IMG/VR virus record: IMGVR_UViG_3300020452_000389
Location: 1 to 54,940 of that record
Source: a virus
Taxonomy: Duplodnaviria; Caudoviricetes
Length of the DNA: 54,940 nt
Direction: 5' to 3' (one strand)
Shown here in pieces: positions 38,846-47,579 of the stretch. Each line of letters starts with the position of its first letter. Positions within the stretch are counted from its first letter, which is position 1. The notes beneath the pieces were generated by a model. The model was not told the DNA's origin. It ran no database searches and saw only the letters and a program-made list of their open reading frames with translations. Position numbers and translations under genes: made by a program.

Positions 38846-40567
38846 TTATCCGTCGCAGCTAAGACAGCTGTCGTCCATTGCTTGTTCAGCAATATCTCCA
38901 CGTAACACCGACTCAGTTCTAGTATAATATAAGGTTTTAATACCTTTTTTCCAAGCTTCAAAATGTACTTTATTAATCCATTTAGGTGTTGCTACACTAG
39001 GGAATGCTAGATTTAAACTAACTGACTGATCGATATACTGTTGTCTAATACCTGCTTGGTTTATTAATTCTAATTGATTAATTTCTTTGAAAGTTTTGAA
39101 GACTTCTTTGATTTGTATACCGTGAGGACCTAATATAATTTTGTCTAATGCTTTTATTCCCTGTATAGACCCTCCGTCTTTTAGTATTTGATTCCATATT
39201 TTTTCGTTATCAAGCTTATGTTTTCTTAAGATTTTTTTGAGCGTTGGGTTTTTTCTGATGAAGGTACCCTTAGCGGATTGCTCAGTGAAAACATTAGCCG
39301 CCCATGGCTCAATACCCGGGCTGACATTTCCACTAAGCTTAGAGTTAGAGACAGTAGGAGCAATAGCGCGTAGATGGGTATTACGTAAACCAGTACCGAC
39401 ACACCAAAGAGGTTCTCCAAAAGTTTCTGCCAAAGCTCGTGAAGCTCGTTCAGATTCGATTTTAATTTGACTAAATATTTTTCTTGTTTCATATTGTGAT
39501 AATAATCCTTCAAAAGGTAAACTTTTTTCTTGTAGGTATGTATGCCAACCAAGAACTCCTAATCCTAAAGCTCTACCTTTTTCAGCAGATCTAACAGAAT
39601 TATGAAATCCAACTTTACCTTTTGATTTTTGTATAAATTCTTCTAATACGCCATCTAAAAACCAAGTGGCGTCATATATTAAATTGGTTCCTTTCCATTC
39701 GTCATACTTAGCTAAGTTTAACGAGGATAAACAACAAACAAAGCTATGAGATTCATCTGTATGTAATGTAATCTCAGAACATATGTTTGTCATATGTACT
39801 TTTAATCCATGCTTTTTGTAAGCTGATGGATTACTTTTGTTTGTATTGCCTTTAAATAAGATATAAGGCTCTCCAGTTGCTTTACGCTTTTGTAATAACT
39901 TTCCCCATAGTCTTCTAGCATCTTTATCTCCAGTTTCAACTCTTCGCATAAACTTATCGCCGACCACAGCGCACTGGTGTAAGTTGAGCGATTGACGATT
40001 AACGTCTCCTTTAGGTTCTCGTATTTCGAGCCACTCTTCAAAATCGGGGTGCTCAATATTAATGTTAACGCTTGCAGCTCCTCTTCGGACAGATCCTTGA
40101 TTAGTGGCAAGTATTGTGCTATCGTAAATTTTACAAAACGGCACAGTTCCATCAGATGTTCCATTACCTTTAATTGTTGCTCCGGCAGGACGAATTTGAT
40201 TAACACCTATACCAACTCCCCCACCGTGTTTTGCTAATAACATCATTTCTAAATTTTTATTGCCGATATCATAAATACTATCTGCAACATCGATGCCAAA
40301 ACAGGATATTGGTAAACCTCTATCTGTGCCTGTATTAGACAACACAGGAGAGGCTAAACATAGCCAACCTTTCCATATATATTCAAAGAAAGTTTTAGCT
40401 AATTCTGGACGTTCTAAACGTCTCGCAACGTGATGACAAACACGCTTATAAGCTTCTTTAGGTGTTTCATCGTTATATAAATAACCACCACCTATTGTTT
40501 TTTTATATACATCGGTATCACCCCAAGTAGGATAATCAACTCCTTTTTTCCAGTCTTTATTCCACAT
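38846..40567 (-). CDS. nrdA: Ribonucleotide reductase class I alpha subunit (no ATP cone)
   Basis: PISCF, TNICSEI, VCCLSSLNL, AIAPT, KTLYY, C-terminal CLSC. Confidence 0.95.
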   Translation of the reverse strand: MWNKDWKKGVDYPTWGDTDVYKKTIGGGYLYNDETPKEAYKRVCHHVARRLERPELAKTFFEYIWKGWLCLASPVLSNTGTDRGLPISCFGIDVADSIYDIGNKNLEMMLLAKHGGGVGIGVNQIRPAGATIKGNGTSDGTVPFCKIYDSTILATNQGSVRRGAASVNINIEHPDFEEWLEIREPKGDVNRQSLNLHQCAVVGDKFMRRVETGDKDARRLWGKLLQKRKATGEPYILFKGNTNKSNPSAYKKHGLKVHMTNICSEITLHTDESHSFVCCLSSLNLAKYDEWKGTNLIYDATWFLDGVLEEFIQKSKGKVGFHNSVRSAEKGRALGLGVLGWHTYLQEKSLPFEGLLSQYETRKIFSQIKIESERASRALAETFGEPLWCVGTGLRNTHLRAIAPTVSNSKLSGNVSPGIEPWAANVFTEQSAKGTFIRKNPTLKKILRKHKLDNEKIWNQILKDGGSIQGIKALDKIILGPHGIQIKEVFKTFKEINQLELINQAGIRQQYIDQSVSLNLAFPSVATPKWINKVHFEAWKKGIKTLYYTRTESVLRGDIAEQAMDDSCLSCDG

Positions 40568-40784
40568 CTGTTTCAAACTTTTTTTCTGGTTTGTTTTTTT
40601 CTTCTAATGTTTTTATTTTTTCTACAAGCTTTTTCCATTTGGTTTTTCCTATATACAGTTGGAAGGCTGTTAGAGTTCCTTCAGATAAACCCGCATTTAT
40701 TTGAACCTCATTAATTAAAGCTTGTACAACTTTAGTTAACGACTCTATTTTTTTTTCCATTAAAATTAATTTATTTTCTTTCAT
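40557..40784 (-). CDS. Hypothetical protein
   Basis: 75-aa ORF overlapping both neighbours. Confidence 0.7.
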   Translation of the reverse strand: MKENKLILMEKKIESLTKVVQALINEVQINAGLSEGTLTAFQLYIGKTKWKKLVEKIKTLEEKNKPEKKFETDVE

Positions 40785-41334
40785 ATTTATAAAACATTAC
40801 TATTACTATTCTTTGATCTTTGTATTCATTAGGATATTTGCTATGAAAATAATTACACGGGTATGATAATAACCTATTACCCTTATAACCTATAATAGAA
40901 TTTAATTTCCATTTACTTTTATCATTAGCATCTTCTTTTAGCATACGGTTAAACTCTTTTGTGTTAGACTCTATGTAAGTATGCCCATAATTTTCGTGTT
41001 CCCAAAAAGCTGTTCCGTGTAATTTATCCTCATTAGCTTTAAGAAATAAAACCACCGCTCTATCTGGTTGTTGTCCTTCTATTATAGTATCATTATGTAT
41101 ACGCCATGTGTTGTCTTGATTCTCTTTAGCTTCTCTTGCAAAACATAATATATTTTTAATTTTTTTACCTTCAATTTTTTGTAATGACTTTTCTATATAG
41201 TTTACAAATGTGACAGGTAGTTCTTTGATCCAAAAAGATTTACCAGGTGTTTTAACTTCTTTAAATTCATCACAGTATTTTAATACTTCTTTATATAATG
41301 CATCAGGTAAAAAATTATCTTTTATATATATCAT
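40771..41334 (-). CDS. 2OG-Fe(II) oxygenase superfamily protein
   Basis: IHND (HxD), AVVLFL, GTAFW, NRLLSY...FHS, C-terminal RIVIVMF. Confidence 0.75.
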   Translation of the reverse strand: MIYIKDNFLPDALYKEVLKYCDEFKEVKTPGKSFWIKELPVTFVNYIEKSLQKIEGKKIKNILCFAREAKENQDNTWRIHNDTIIEGQQPDRAVVLFLKANEDKLHGTAFWEHENYGHTYIESNTKEFNRMLKEDANDKSKWKLNSIIGYKGNRLLSYPCNYFHSKYPNEYKDQRIVIVMFYKYERK

Positions 41335-41576
41335 GATATTAAATGTTTGATCCAAGCAAATAAACCGTTTATATTTAATGCTACTAAATTCCATTGTTTA
41401 CGCGCTGCTGTTTGTACCATTACGCAAATAAACCCTGCAATATATAATTTAGGTTCTATAGTCCATTGCGCTGCAACTAAAAAGCCAGCACCCATATAAC
41501 CAATACGAGTGGACATTTTTTCAACAGGTGTTAACCTTTTAGTTGTTGCAATTATTTTTAGTAACTTTCTATTCAT
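41331..41576 (-). CDS. Small three-TM membrane protein
   Basis: Three short hydrophobic segments; QWNLVALN. Confidence 0.65.
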   Translation of the reverse strand: MNRKLLKIIATTKRLTPVEKMSTRIGYMGAGFLVAAQWTIEPKLYIAGFICVMVQTAARKQWNLVALNINGLFAWIKHLIS

Positions 41577-42562
41577 TACCACACATCTTCAAAGTCTTCA
41601 CCCTCATTAGCTTTACTATAATCAGTCGGCCTAATTGCAAAAAAATCTGTATGGGTATGACCACCGGTAAGATGATCAAACCAAGACATATTTTCAATAC
41701 ATTTGGTGTCGTAGAACGTGAAGTCCCATTGCTTATACTTTTTAGTTGTGTAACCCAGCTCCGCAAGCTTGTCACCAACTCTTTTCTTGATAAAATGTTT
41801 AAGATCATATTGTGTTATACCTTCTATATCGCCCATCTCAAATATCTTACTAATGTAAGTCATTTCAGCATTGTGCATTGTTAAGGCTGCTTCAAATATA
41901 TGAGGTTCACATTCGGCTTTTAATCCCGGTATTTGTGAACACATATGTCTAAATAGTTGGCAACCCATCTTACTATGTAGACTTTCATCTCTTACAGACC
42001 ATTTCATCTGTTGCCCGATACCCTTAAGTAAATTACGCATTTGAAAAGAATAAAGGACTGCAAAAGCGGAATATAGAGAAACTCCTTCTGCGAAAGCAGA
42101 AAAAGTAGCCAATGACTTTCCGATACCCACGGGATCATTGCCATCATATGCAACGAGATTGTCAAAACGAGCAGCCGTAGCTGGTTCATGTAAAAATGCT
42201 TCGTAATCTTCGAGTCCAAGTGTTTCATTTAAATAACTATAAGCTACAGCGTGTATTGTTTCTTGTGAGCCGAACATCATAGCCATTTGCTGTATCTCAT
42301 GTTTAGGAAACCATGATACGACTTTCTGTGTCCAATAATCAGACACTGCACATTCTGTTTGTGCAAAACCTAATAATATATTACCTACTAAGTTTTTTTC
42401 TTCTGGAGTTAATTTTTCATTCCAGTCTTTTACATCACCACTCATTGGTATTTCAGTATGCAACCAAAATGCTTGGGCTTGTTTTAACCAACCTTCTGTA
42501 TAATACTCAGGGTATTCAAAAGGCTTATAAGGTATTCTTTCTGTAAATAATGGTATTGCCAT
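41576..42562 (-). CDS. nrdB: Ribonucleotide reductase class I beta subunit
   Basis: QTECAV, QETIHAVAY, AEGVSLYSAF, RDESLH. Confidence 0.95.
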   Translation of the reverse strand: MAIPLFTERIPYKPFEYPEYYTEGWLKQAQAFWLHTEIPMSGDVKDWNEKLTPEEKNLVGNILLGFAQTECAVSDYWTQKVVSWFPKHEIQQMAMMFGSQETIHAVAYSYLNETLGLEDYEAFLHEPATAARFDNLVAYDGNDPVGIGKSLATFSAFAEGVSLYSAFAVLYSFQMRNLLKGIGQQMKWSVRDESLHSKMGCQLFRHMCSQIPGLKAECEPHIFEAALTMHNAEMTYISKIFEMGDIEGITQYDLKHFIKKRVGDKLAELGYTTKKYKQWDFTFYDTKCIENMSWFDHLTGGHTHTDFFAIRPTDYSKANEGEDFEDVW

Positions 42563-42563
42563 A

Positions 42564-42725
42564 TTAATAATATATTTCTAAAGCTATATCTACAAAAGGT
42601 AAATATAACACGTGAGTTGTTTGATTTTTTTCTTCATAAGTTCTTATTCCGATTAAAATACCAGGATAAAAACCAATTGACAAAGTCCAGTTATCCTTTA
42701 CCTTGCCCTCTGTATTTTTTGACAT
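42564..42725 (-). CDS. Small hypothetical protein (53 aa)
   Basis: MSKNTEGKVKDNWTLSIGFYPGILIGIRTY...LYLPFVDIALEIYY*. Confidence 0.7.
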   Translation of the reverse strand: MSKNTEGKVKDNWTLSIGFYPGILIGIRTYEEKNQTTHVLYLPFVDIALEIYY

Positions 42726-42828
42726 AATATTTACTTGATTTTAAATTAGATGATTTACACTTAGAGTGTCTACCAGGTCTTTTTTTTCTAGGTTTTAGCC
42801 TATAAGTTGATAATACTATTCTAGCCAT
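42691..42828 (-). CDS. Small very basic protein ending KKYRGQG (45 aa)
   Basis: MARIVLSTYRLKPRKKRPGRHSKCKSSNLKSSKYYVKKYRGQGKG*. Confidence 0.7.
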   Translation of the reverse strand: MARIVLSTYRLKPRKKRPGRHSKCKSSNLKSSKYYVKKYRGQGKG

Positions 42829-42994
42829 AGCATTTTATATTATATTGTTTTTGTAACCGGCTTATATCTTTAAACTTTACATAACCCTTTTTACTTATTG
42901 ACCACTTGACAAACTTATCTATTTGTCTTTCGCCATATTTTATTCTAGCTATTCTTTTATTTTCTTTAAAATTAGCTCTACGGTTTTGTCGCAT
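42821..42994 (-). CDS. Small basic hypothetical protein (57 aa)
   Basis: MRQNRRANFKENKRIARIKYGERQIDKFVKW...*; fills the gap. Confidence 0.55.
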   Translation of the reverse strand: MRQNRRANFKENKRIARIKYGERQIDKFVKWSISKKGYVKFKDISRLQKQYNIKCYG

Positions 42995-43401
42995 TCTTTT
43001 TGATTTTGAGGTTTATAAAGTGTAAATGGCTCTATTTTGTTTTCAGCTACTAGTTTCTTAAACATTTTCCATCTCAATGGAAAAGATTCATTAGCTCTAC
43101 CTTTTGTTTCAATAATAAAACCTTTGCCTACAAAATCAGGGGTATATTTAATATTAAGTATTTTTTTGTTACCTCTGTTTTTATAATCTCCTTTATTATT
43201 ACCACAACGTTCATATGATTCAAACGGAAAATTAAAACCCTCTATTAGTTCAAATGTTTCCCCTTCATATAATGCTTTAATTTTTGCTTTTTTCAAAGCA
43301 ATGTACATATATTTTTCAAGTCCTGACGCAAATATAATACCGTCGTGTTCTATTTTTTTACTACGTACAGGACCTCGTTTTTTAGAGTATCTCTTCTTCA
43401 T
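42949..43401 (-). CDS. Endonuclease I-like resolvase (T7 gp3 type)
   Basis: FASGLE, YTPDF, IIETKG. Confidence 0.85.
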   Translation of the reverse strand: MKKRYSKKRGPVRSKKIEHDGIIFASGLEKYMYIALKKAKIKALYEGETFELIEGFNFPFESYERCGNNKGDYKNRGNKKILNIKYTPDFVGKGFIIETKGRANESFPLRWKMFKKLVAENKIEPFTLYKPQNQKECDKTVELILKKIKE

Positions 43402-43669
43402 GTACTTCTATATTATCTACTTGATTTTCATATTGATTTAACAAACATTCTTCAACTTCATCTTGTAAACATCTTTTTGCTGCTTCAATATATAATAATG
43501 CGTCCATTAATTCTTCTTGCACGTCAACTAAAAATCTATTTAGATCTTTCTTTTCATTTTTAATTTCTTGCATCATTGTAGCGCCATACTTTTTTTGGCC
43601 CATTAAACTACGCTCATCCATCTTTCTTAAGACAGCTTGAACTACTTTATCTTCTGTTTTAATTCTCAT
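43382..43669 (-). CDS. Small all-alpha protein, possible nucleotide pyrophosphohydrolase
   Basis: RSLMGQKKYG...QEELMDALLY. Confidence 0.5.
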   Translation of the reverse strand: MRIKTEDKVVQAVLRKMDERSLMGQKKYGATMMQEIKNEKKDLNRFLVDVQEELMDALLYIEAAKRCLQDEVEECLLNQYENQVDNIEVHEEEIL

Positions 43670-44435
43670 CTTTAATAAATGTTCCGTTAATCATTTTTCC
43701 TTTTCTTTCACATATTTCAATATATGCTGATTCAATACAATCTTCAATAAATAAACCTTCAAGATATGCAAGATTTGTTAATACAACAATCATATCACCA
43801 ATACCATCTACTATTTCTGGTCTGTCGTTTTTTAATAAAGCTTTTGCTAATTCACCAGCCTCTTCTTGAAGCTTAACATATTGCGTGTGGCTATTACCAC
43901 CTTCATATATACCTCTTACAGCAGCCCAGTTTCTGATTAAATCAAATTGAGGATTTTTTGGTGCAATAGGTCTTAGATCAGGATTATGTTTTGGATTAAA
44001 ATAAGCTTCGTAAAAAGCTTTATTGTAAATATAACATCTTTCTTTGTTATACATAGAAGTTTTAACATTAGCTAATATCCAAGAGGTATTATCTTCTTTT
44101 ATTTCTAATTGGCCAAACTCAGGGTGTGACCAAGTAAGTCCTATATTATCTAATAATAAAGGAGCTAAATTTTCTACACTACAAGGGAACGTAGTGGTTT
44201 GATCTGTTACGTTAATTTTCATTTTATTAAATAAATTTTTATATAATTTTCTATCTTTCTTGTAGCCATAAGACTGTTGAAGTTCTATTTCGCGATCTGA
44301 TATATAATCTATATCTTCCGATTGCTCAAGAACTTCGTATTCATTCTCCTTATAACCTTGTATAAGGGTTACCCTGTTATTAAGATCACGTGTTACACCG
44401 ATCTTTTTACCTGGTATATGGTATAAATAATACAT
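43659..44435 (-). CDS. Fusion of a GIY-YIG-like N-terminal domain and a MazG-like NTP pyrophosphohydrolase
   Basis: YYLYH..KKIGVT..L..R...E; C-terminal KLQEEAGELA...DGIGD. Confidence 0.75.
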   Translation of the reverse strand: MYYLYHIPGKKIGVTRDLNNRVTLIQGYKENEYEVLEQSEDIDYISDREIELQQSYGYKKDRKLYKNLFNKMKINVTDQTTTFPCSVENLAPLLLDNIGLTWSHPEFGQLEIKEDNTSWILANVKTSMYNKERCYIYNKAFYEAYFNPKHNPDLRPIAPKNPQFDLIRNWAAVRGIYEGGNSHTQYVKLQEEAGELAKALLKNDRPEIVDGIGDMIVVLTNLAYLEGLFIEDCIESAYIEICERKGKMINGTFIKDEN

Positions 44436-44438
44436 AAT

Positions 44439-45083
44439 TTAAATTTTATTGTTATATAAATGCATGTTGTGTGCATAATGATAATAATTTCCGATTTCAA
44501 TATTTAATCTATCTGCAATCATTTGTTGTAACATTGAAAATTGATATTGATCATTACAAAAACCGTACCAGAGATCATTAGAACGCATCAGAACAGCCAT
44601 ATTAAGCCTATGGTTTAGTATTGTAAATTGAATCGCATATGTACAGGGTGTATCTTTTCTGTACAATTGATGTTCTTTACAATCATAAATAGAAATAGCC
44701 GCGTGTCTAGTGTCTTTTTCTCTTCTAAGCTTTGCAACAACATAATCAATTTGATTTTCTCTTTGCCATTGCCAACCATAGTTAGACATTACATTACCAT
44801 CGCTGTTAGCCATCTTTACCCATATAGGTGGTATACTACCATATAGTTGGCCTAACTTTCTAATATTTCTGTCACCAGATAAATACCACTGCCATTCAGC
44901 AGCGGCGTACGCGAGTTTCCATTGTCTTTCTTTATTTAATATATAATTTTGCATTGGATTTTCTAATGTAAAACCAATATTAAATAAAGCTTTTGTGTCG
45001 CCAAATGGAATACCATCTTGAATAATCTTATCTAAAAAGTATTCATATGCTTCGTTAGCGTTTTTAAACTTTGTTTTTGTCAT
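44439..45083 (-). CDS. Thymidylate-synthase-fold enzyme, probable dCMP (hydroxy)methylase
   Basis: PCT instead of PCH; RSNDLWYGFCND with Asp at the ThyA Asn177 position; NMHLY. Confidence 0.75.
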   Translation of the reverse strand: MTKTKFKNANEAYEYFLDKIIQDGIPFGDTKALFNIGFTLENPMQNYILNKERQWKLAYAAAEWQWYLSGDRNIRKLGQLYGSIPPIWVKMANSDGNVMSNYGWQWQRENQIDYVVAKLRREKDTRHAAISIYDCKEHQLYRKDTPCTYAIQFTILNHRLNMAVLMRSNDLWYGFCNDQYQFSMLQQMIADRLNIEIGNYYHYAHNMHLYNNKI

Positions 45084-45327
45084 AATAAAATCTATATAAT
45101 TCGAATATCTTATTGTTCAACTCTCTACCGTTGTAAGTTTTAGGTGATCTACGTTTGACCCCATTAACTTCTACGTCTATCCACCAATGAAAATTATCTC
45201 TATCATTTGATGCTGCAAATGGACCTATTTTAATTCCATTGTTTACACACCAGTTATAAGCAATTCTATCTTCATCAGTCCATTGTGGTGGAACTATTTT
45301 ACTTTTACGTTTTCTAGCTGGAGGCAT
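45064..45327 (-). CDS. Hypothetical protein
   Basis: 87-aa coupled ORF. Confidence 0.7.
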   Translation of the reverse strand: MPPARKRKSKIVPPQWTDEDRIAYNWCVNNGIKIGPFAASNDRDNFHWWIDVEVNGVKRRSPKTYNGRELNNKIFELYRFYYDKNKV

Positions 45328-47057
45328 TATTCCCAGGGCATTGCCTCTTCATTACCTATAGTTGGTAATTCATGAGGTATAAAACATCCTGATCTATGCT
45401 CCCATTTAAAATGTGCTTCAGCTCCATTTTCCCCTAAATTCTGAAACTTAACTTTTAAAACTTTTGCTTTAACAGTTTTAGCTTCATAATCTCTGTGAAC
45501 TAGTATACCGTGATAACTAGCATCATACCATTCACCACCACCTTTAATGTTGTACATAGTTGGTTCTTCAATTTTACCATTACTATCTTTATACATTTTA
45601 GTTGGGTGTGCAACAATAAATACTAAGACATCAAACTTTTTAGCAAACGTTTCAATTTTAGTTAGATACTCCATTGTATACCTATTTACATCTTCAGTTT
45701 TGCAATCTACGTCTCTAATCTTATTAAATGGATCAATAACAAGGCATTTAATACCTTTACGCTTAACTAACTCCGCACCTTTACGTAAAACAGATTCTAA
45801 TGTATATCTTTCCATATCAATAAAATAAAAATTATCATTAACATGTTGCGATACTTGTTTCCATTTACTTCCACCAATATCTGATCTGGTTGGCATATCT
45901 TGCCATACTTTTCTCATTAACTTATGAGCATGTAAATATGTTGGTGCGTTTTCAGGAGATGCAAATGCAGTTTTCCAGCCATAATTGTTATTATAGCCAA
46001 CACACATTTGATCTACAAAATCTGATTTGCCAGATGAAGGAATACCAGTAACTGTAATAAACTGACCAGTATATGTACTGAATATCCTATCAAAATTACT
46101 AAGACCAACTTGAAAACCAGGTTTGAATCCATGTTTAACAAAGTCTGTAACTTCGTCTTCCACGTCTTTAAACGTTGTGACATTTTCCAATGGCACCGGT
46201 CTAGCATTTTTGATTTTTTCTGATAGTTTTTCTTTTCCATATTTTATTAAATAATCATTAGCGTCTTTACATTCTTCAAAGCTAGCTAAGAAGCAAACTT
46301 CTGCTCCTAACCTTCTAACTAATTCATTCTGTAAAGCTATACCAGCTTCATCATTGTCGACAGCTAATATTATTTTTTCTTTATCTGTAAAATAATCTAT
46401 ACAATTATCTAAATAATCTAAGTTATTATGAGTGATTGTAGCTCCATTAGGAACAGATACGACATTTGTTATACCAGCTTCATGTAAAGCTAACACATCC
46501 ATTTCACCCTCTGTTATAATGCAATTGTCATATCCTACAATACTATTAATATTATAGAACACTTTTTCAGCACCTTTATATAATTTAAAGTTTTTACGAC
46601 CATCTCTATATTTAACATTAATAAGCTGATCGCCCATAAAGTATTGAAACTTTATAGTATTCTCGGTCTTGCCGGTTTGAGGCATCCACTCAGAGCCTTG
46701 TCCAACCTTTAGGTCGAATAAGGTCTCTGGTGATATTCCTCTAGTTTCAAACCATTTCAATATCTTATCTTCTAATCCATAAGCTTTGCCTGGATATTCA
46801 GGATCTGGTTGATCAGGTCTAACATAGACCCTTTCACTAGCTCCTTTACGTTGATAAGTATGTAGTTGAAAAGACGTGTTACAATTATGACATGTACCGA
46901 GACCACGTTCCCAATCATATGAAGCACATTTTTTCTTGTGATTCTTGGGTTGTCTGCATGTGGTAGAATTAGGACAAACTCCTTGGTTCTTACCAGCTTC
47001 TAGACCGTGTTGATTGAACTTGTCAATCACAAATCCATTGATCTCTGTTGTCTGCAT
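45327..47057 (-). CDS. DNA primase-helicase (T7 gp4/Twinkle type)
   Basis: Zn finger, TOPRIM EGEMD and DNDEAG, Walker A GIPSSGKS. Confidence 0.93.
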   Translation of the reverse strand: MQTTEINGFVIDKFNQHGLEAGKNQGVCPNSTTCRQPKNHKKKCASYDWERGLGTCHNCNTSFQLHTYQRKGASERVYVRPDQPDPEYPGKAYGLEDKILKWFETRGISPETLFDLKVGQGSEWMPQTGKTENTIKFQYFMGDQLINVKYRDGRKNFKLYKGAEKVFYNINSIVGYDNCIITEGEMDVLALHEAGITNVVSVPNGATITHNNLDYLDNCIDYFTDKEKIILAVDNDEAGIALQNELVRRLGAEVCFLASFEECKDANDYLIKYGKEKLSEKIKNARPVPLENVTTFKDVEDEVTDFVKHGFKPGFQVGLSNFDRIFSTYTGQFITVTGIPSSGKSDFVDQMCVGYNNNYGWKTAFASPENAPTYLHAHKLMRKVWQDMPTRSDIGGSKWKQVSQHVNDNFYFIDMERYTLESVLRKGAELVKRKGIKCLVIDPFNKIRDVDCKTEDVNRYTMEYLTKIETFAKKFDVLVFIVAHPTKMYKDSNGKIEEPTMYNIKGGGEWYDASYHGILVHRDYEAKTVKAKVLKVKFQNLGENGAEAHFKWEHRSGCFIPHELPTIGNEEAMPWE

Positions 47058-47067
47058 TTAATTTAAT

Positions 47068-47397
47068 TTAAAATGGTAAATCGTCTTCCGCTTGTACTGC
47101 TGCAGGAGCCGGACTCATACGCCCTGTACTCTGTGCTGGCTGGTCTTGTCTAGGAGTAACATTAACGTTATCTCCATTTGTCCACACTACTTTTACATTA
47201 CCAAGATAAGTTTTTTCAACTTTAGCATCTCTTTCCTCTTTCGTTTGTTGAACGACTACAGGACCTTGATTACCAAACTGATCAAGCTCATCATTTAACG
47301 TAATAGTAATTGGTAAGTATTTCCCTTTTTTACCATCGATAATTTTATCTTTAGGTATTTTAGTAAGATCAATACTTGTAGCTATTATACTTGCCAT
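47068..47397 (-). CDS. Single-stranded DNA-binding protein
   Basis: GKKGKYL core and acidic DDLPF tail. Confidence 0.75.
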   Translation of the reverse strand: MASIIATSIDLTKIPKDKIIDGKKGKYLPITITLNDELDQFGNQGPVVVQQTKEERDAKVEKTYLGNVKVVWTNGDNVNVTPRQDQPAQSTGRMSPAPAAVQAEDDLPF

Positions 47398-47398
47398 A

Positions 47399-47575
47399 TT
47401 AATAATTATTTATTTGGTGAAACATTCTTTGTAACTGATCCTTTGTAGCACCAGTTGTTCTTCGTAGATTATCTACGGCTTTAACATGGTTTTGATTAGT
47501 ATAAAAATTATTTACATTAGTTTCTAAACCTGTTACTGTACAAACTCTTGTTTGATTTTTTCTTGTTCTTGCCAT
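47399..47575 (-). CDS. Small hypothetical protein (58 aa)
   Basis: MARTRKNQTRVCTVTG...; start reassigned to follow the upstream stop. Confidence 0.65.
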   Translation of the reverse strand: MARTRKNQTRVCTVTGLETNVNNFYTNQNHVKAVDNLRRTTGATKDQLQRMFHQINNY

Positions 47576-47579
47576 ATAA

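Noticed and set aside
46013-46240. 75-aa +1 ORF in primase-helicase with a hydrophobic C-terminus
   Set aside because: Hydrophobicity is explained by T-ending host codons; no independent support.
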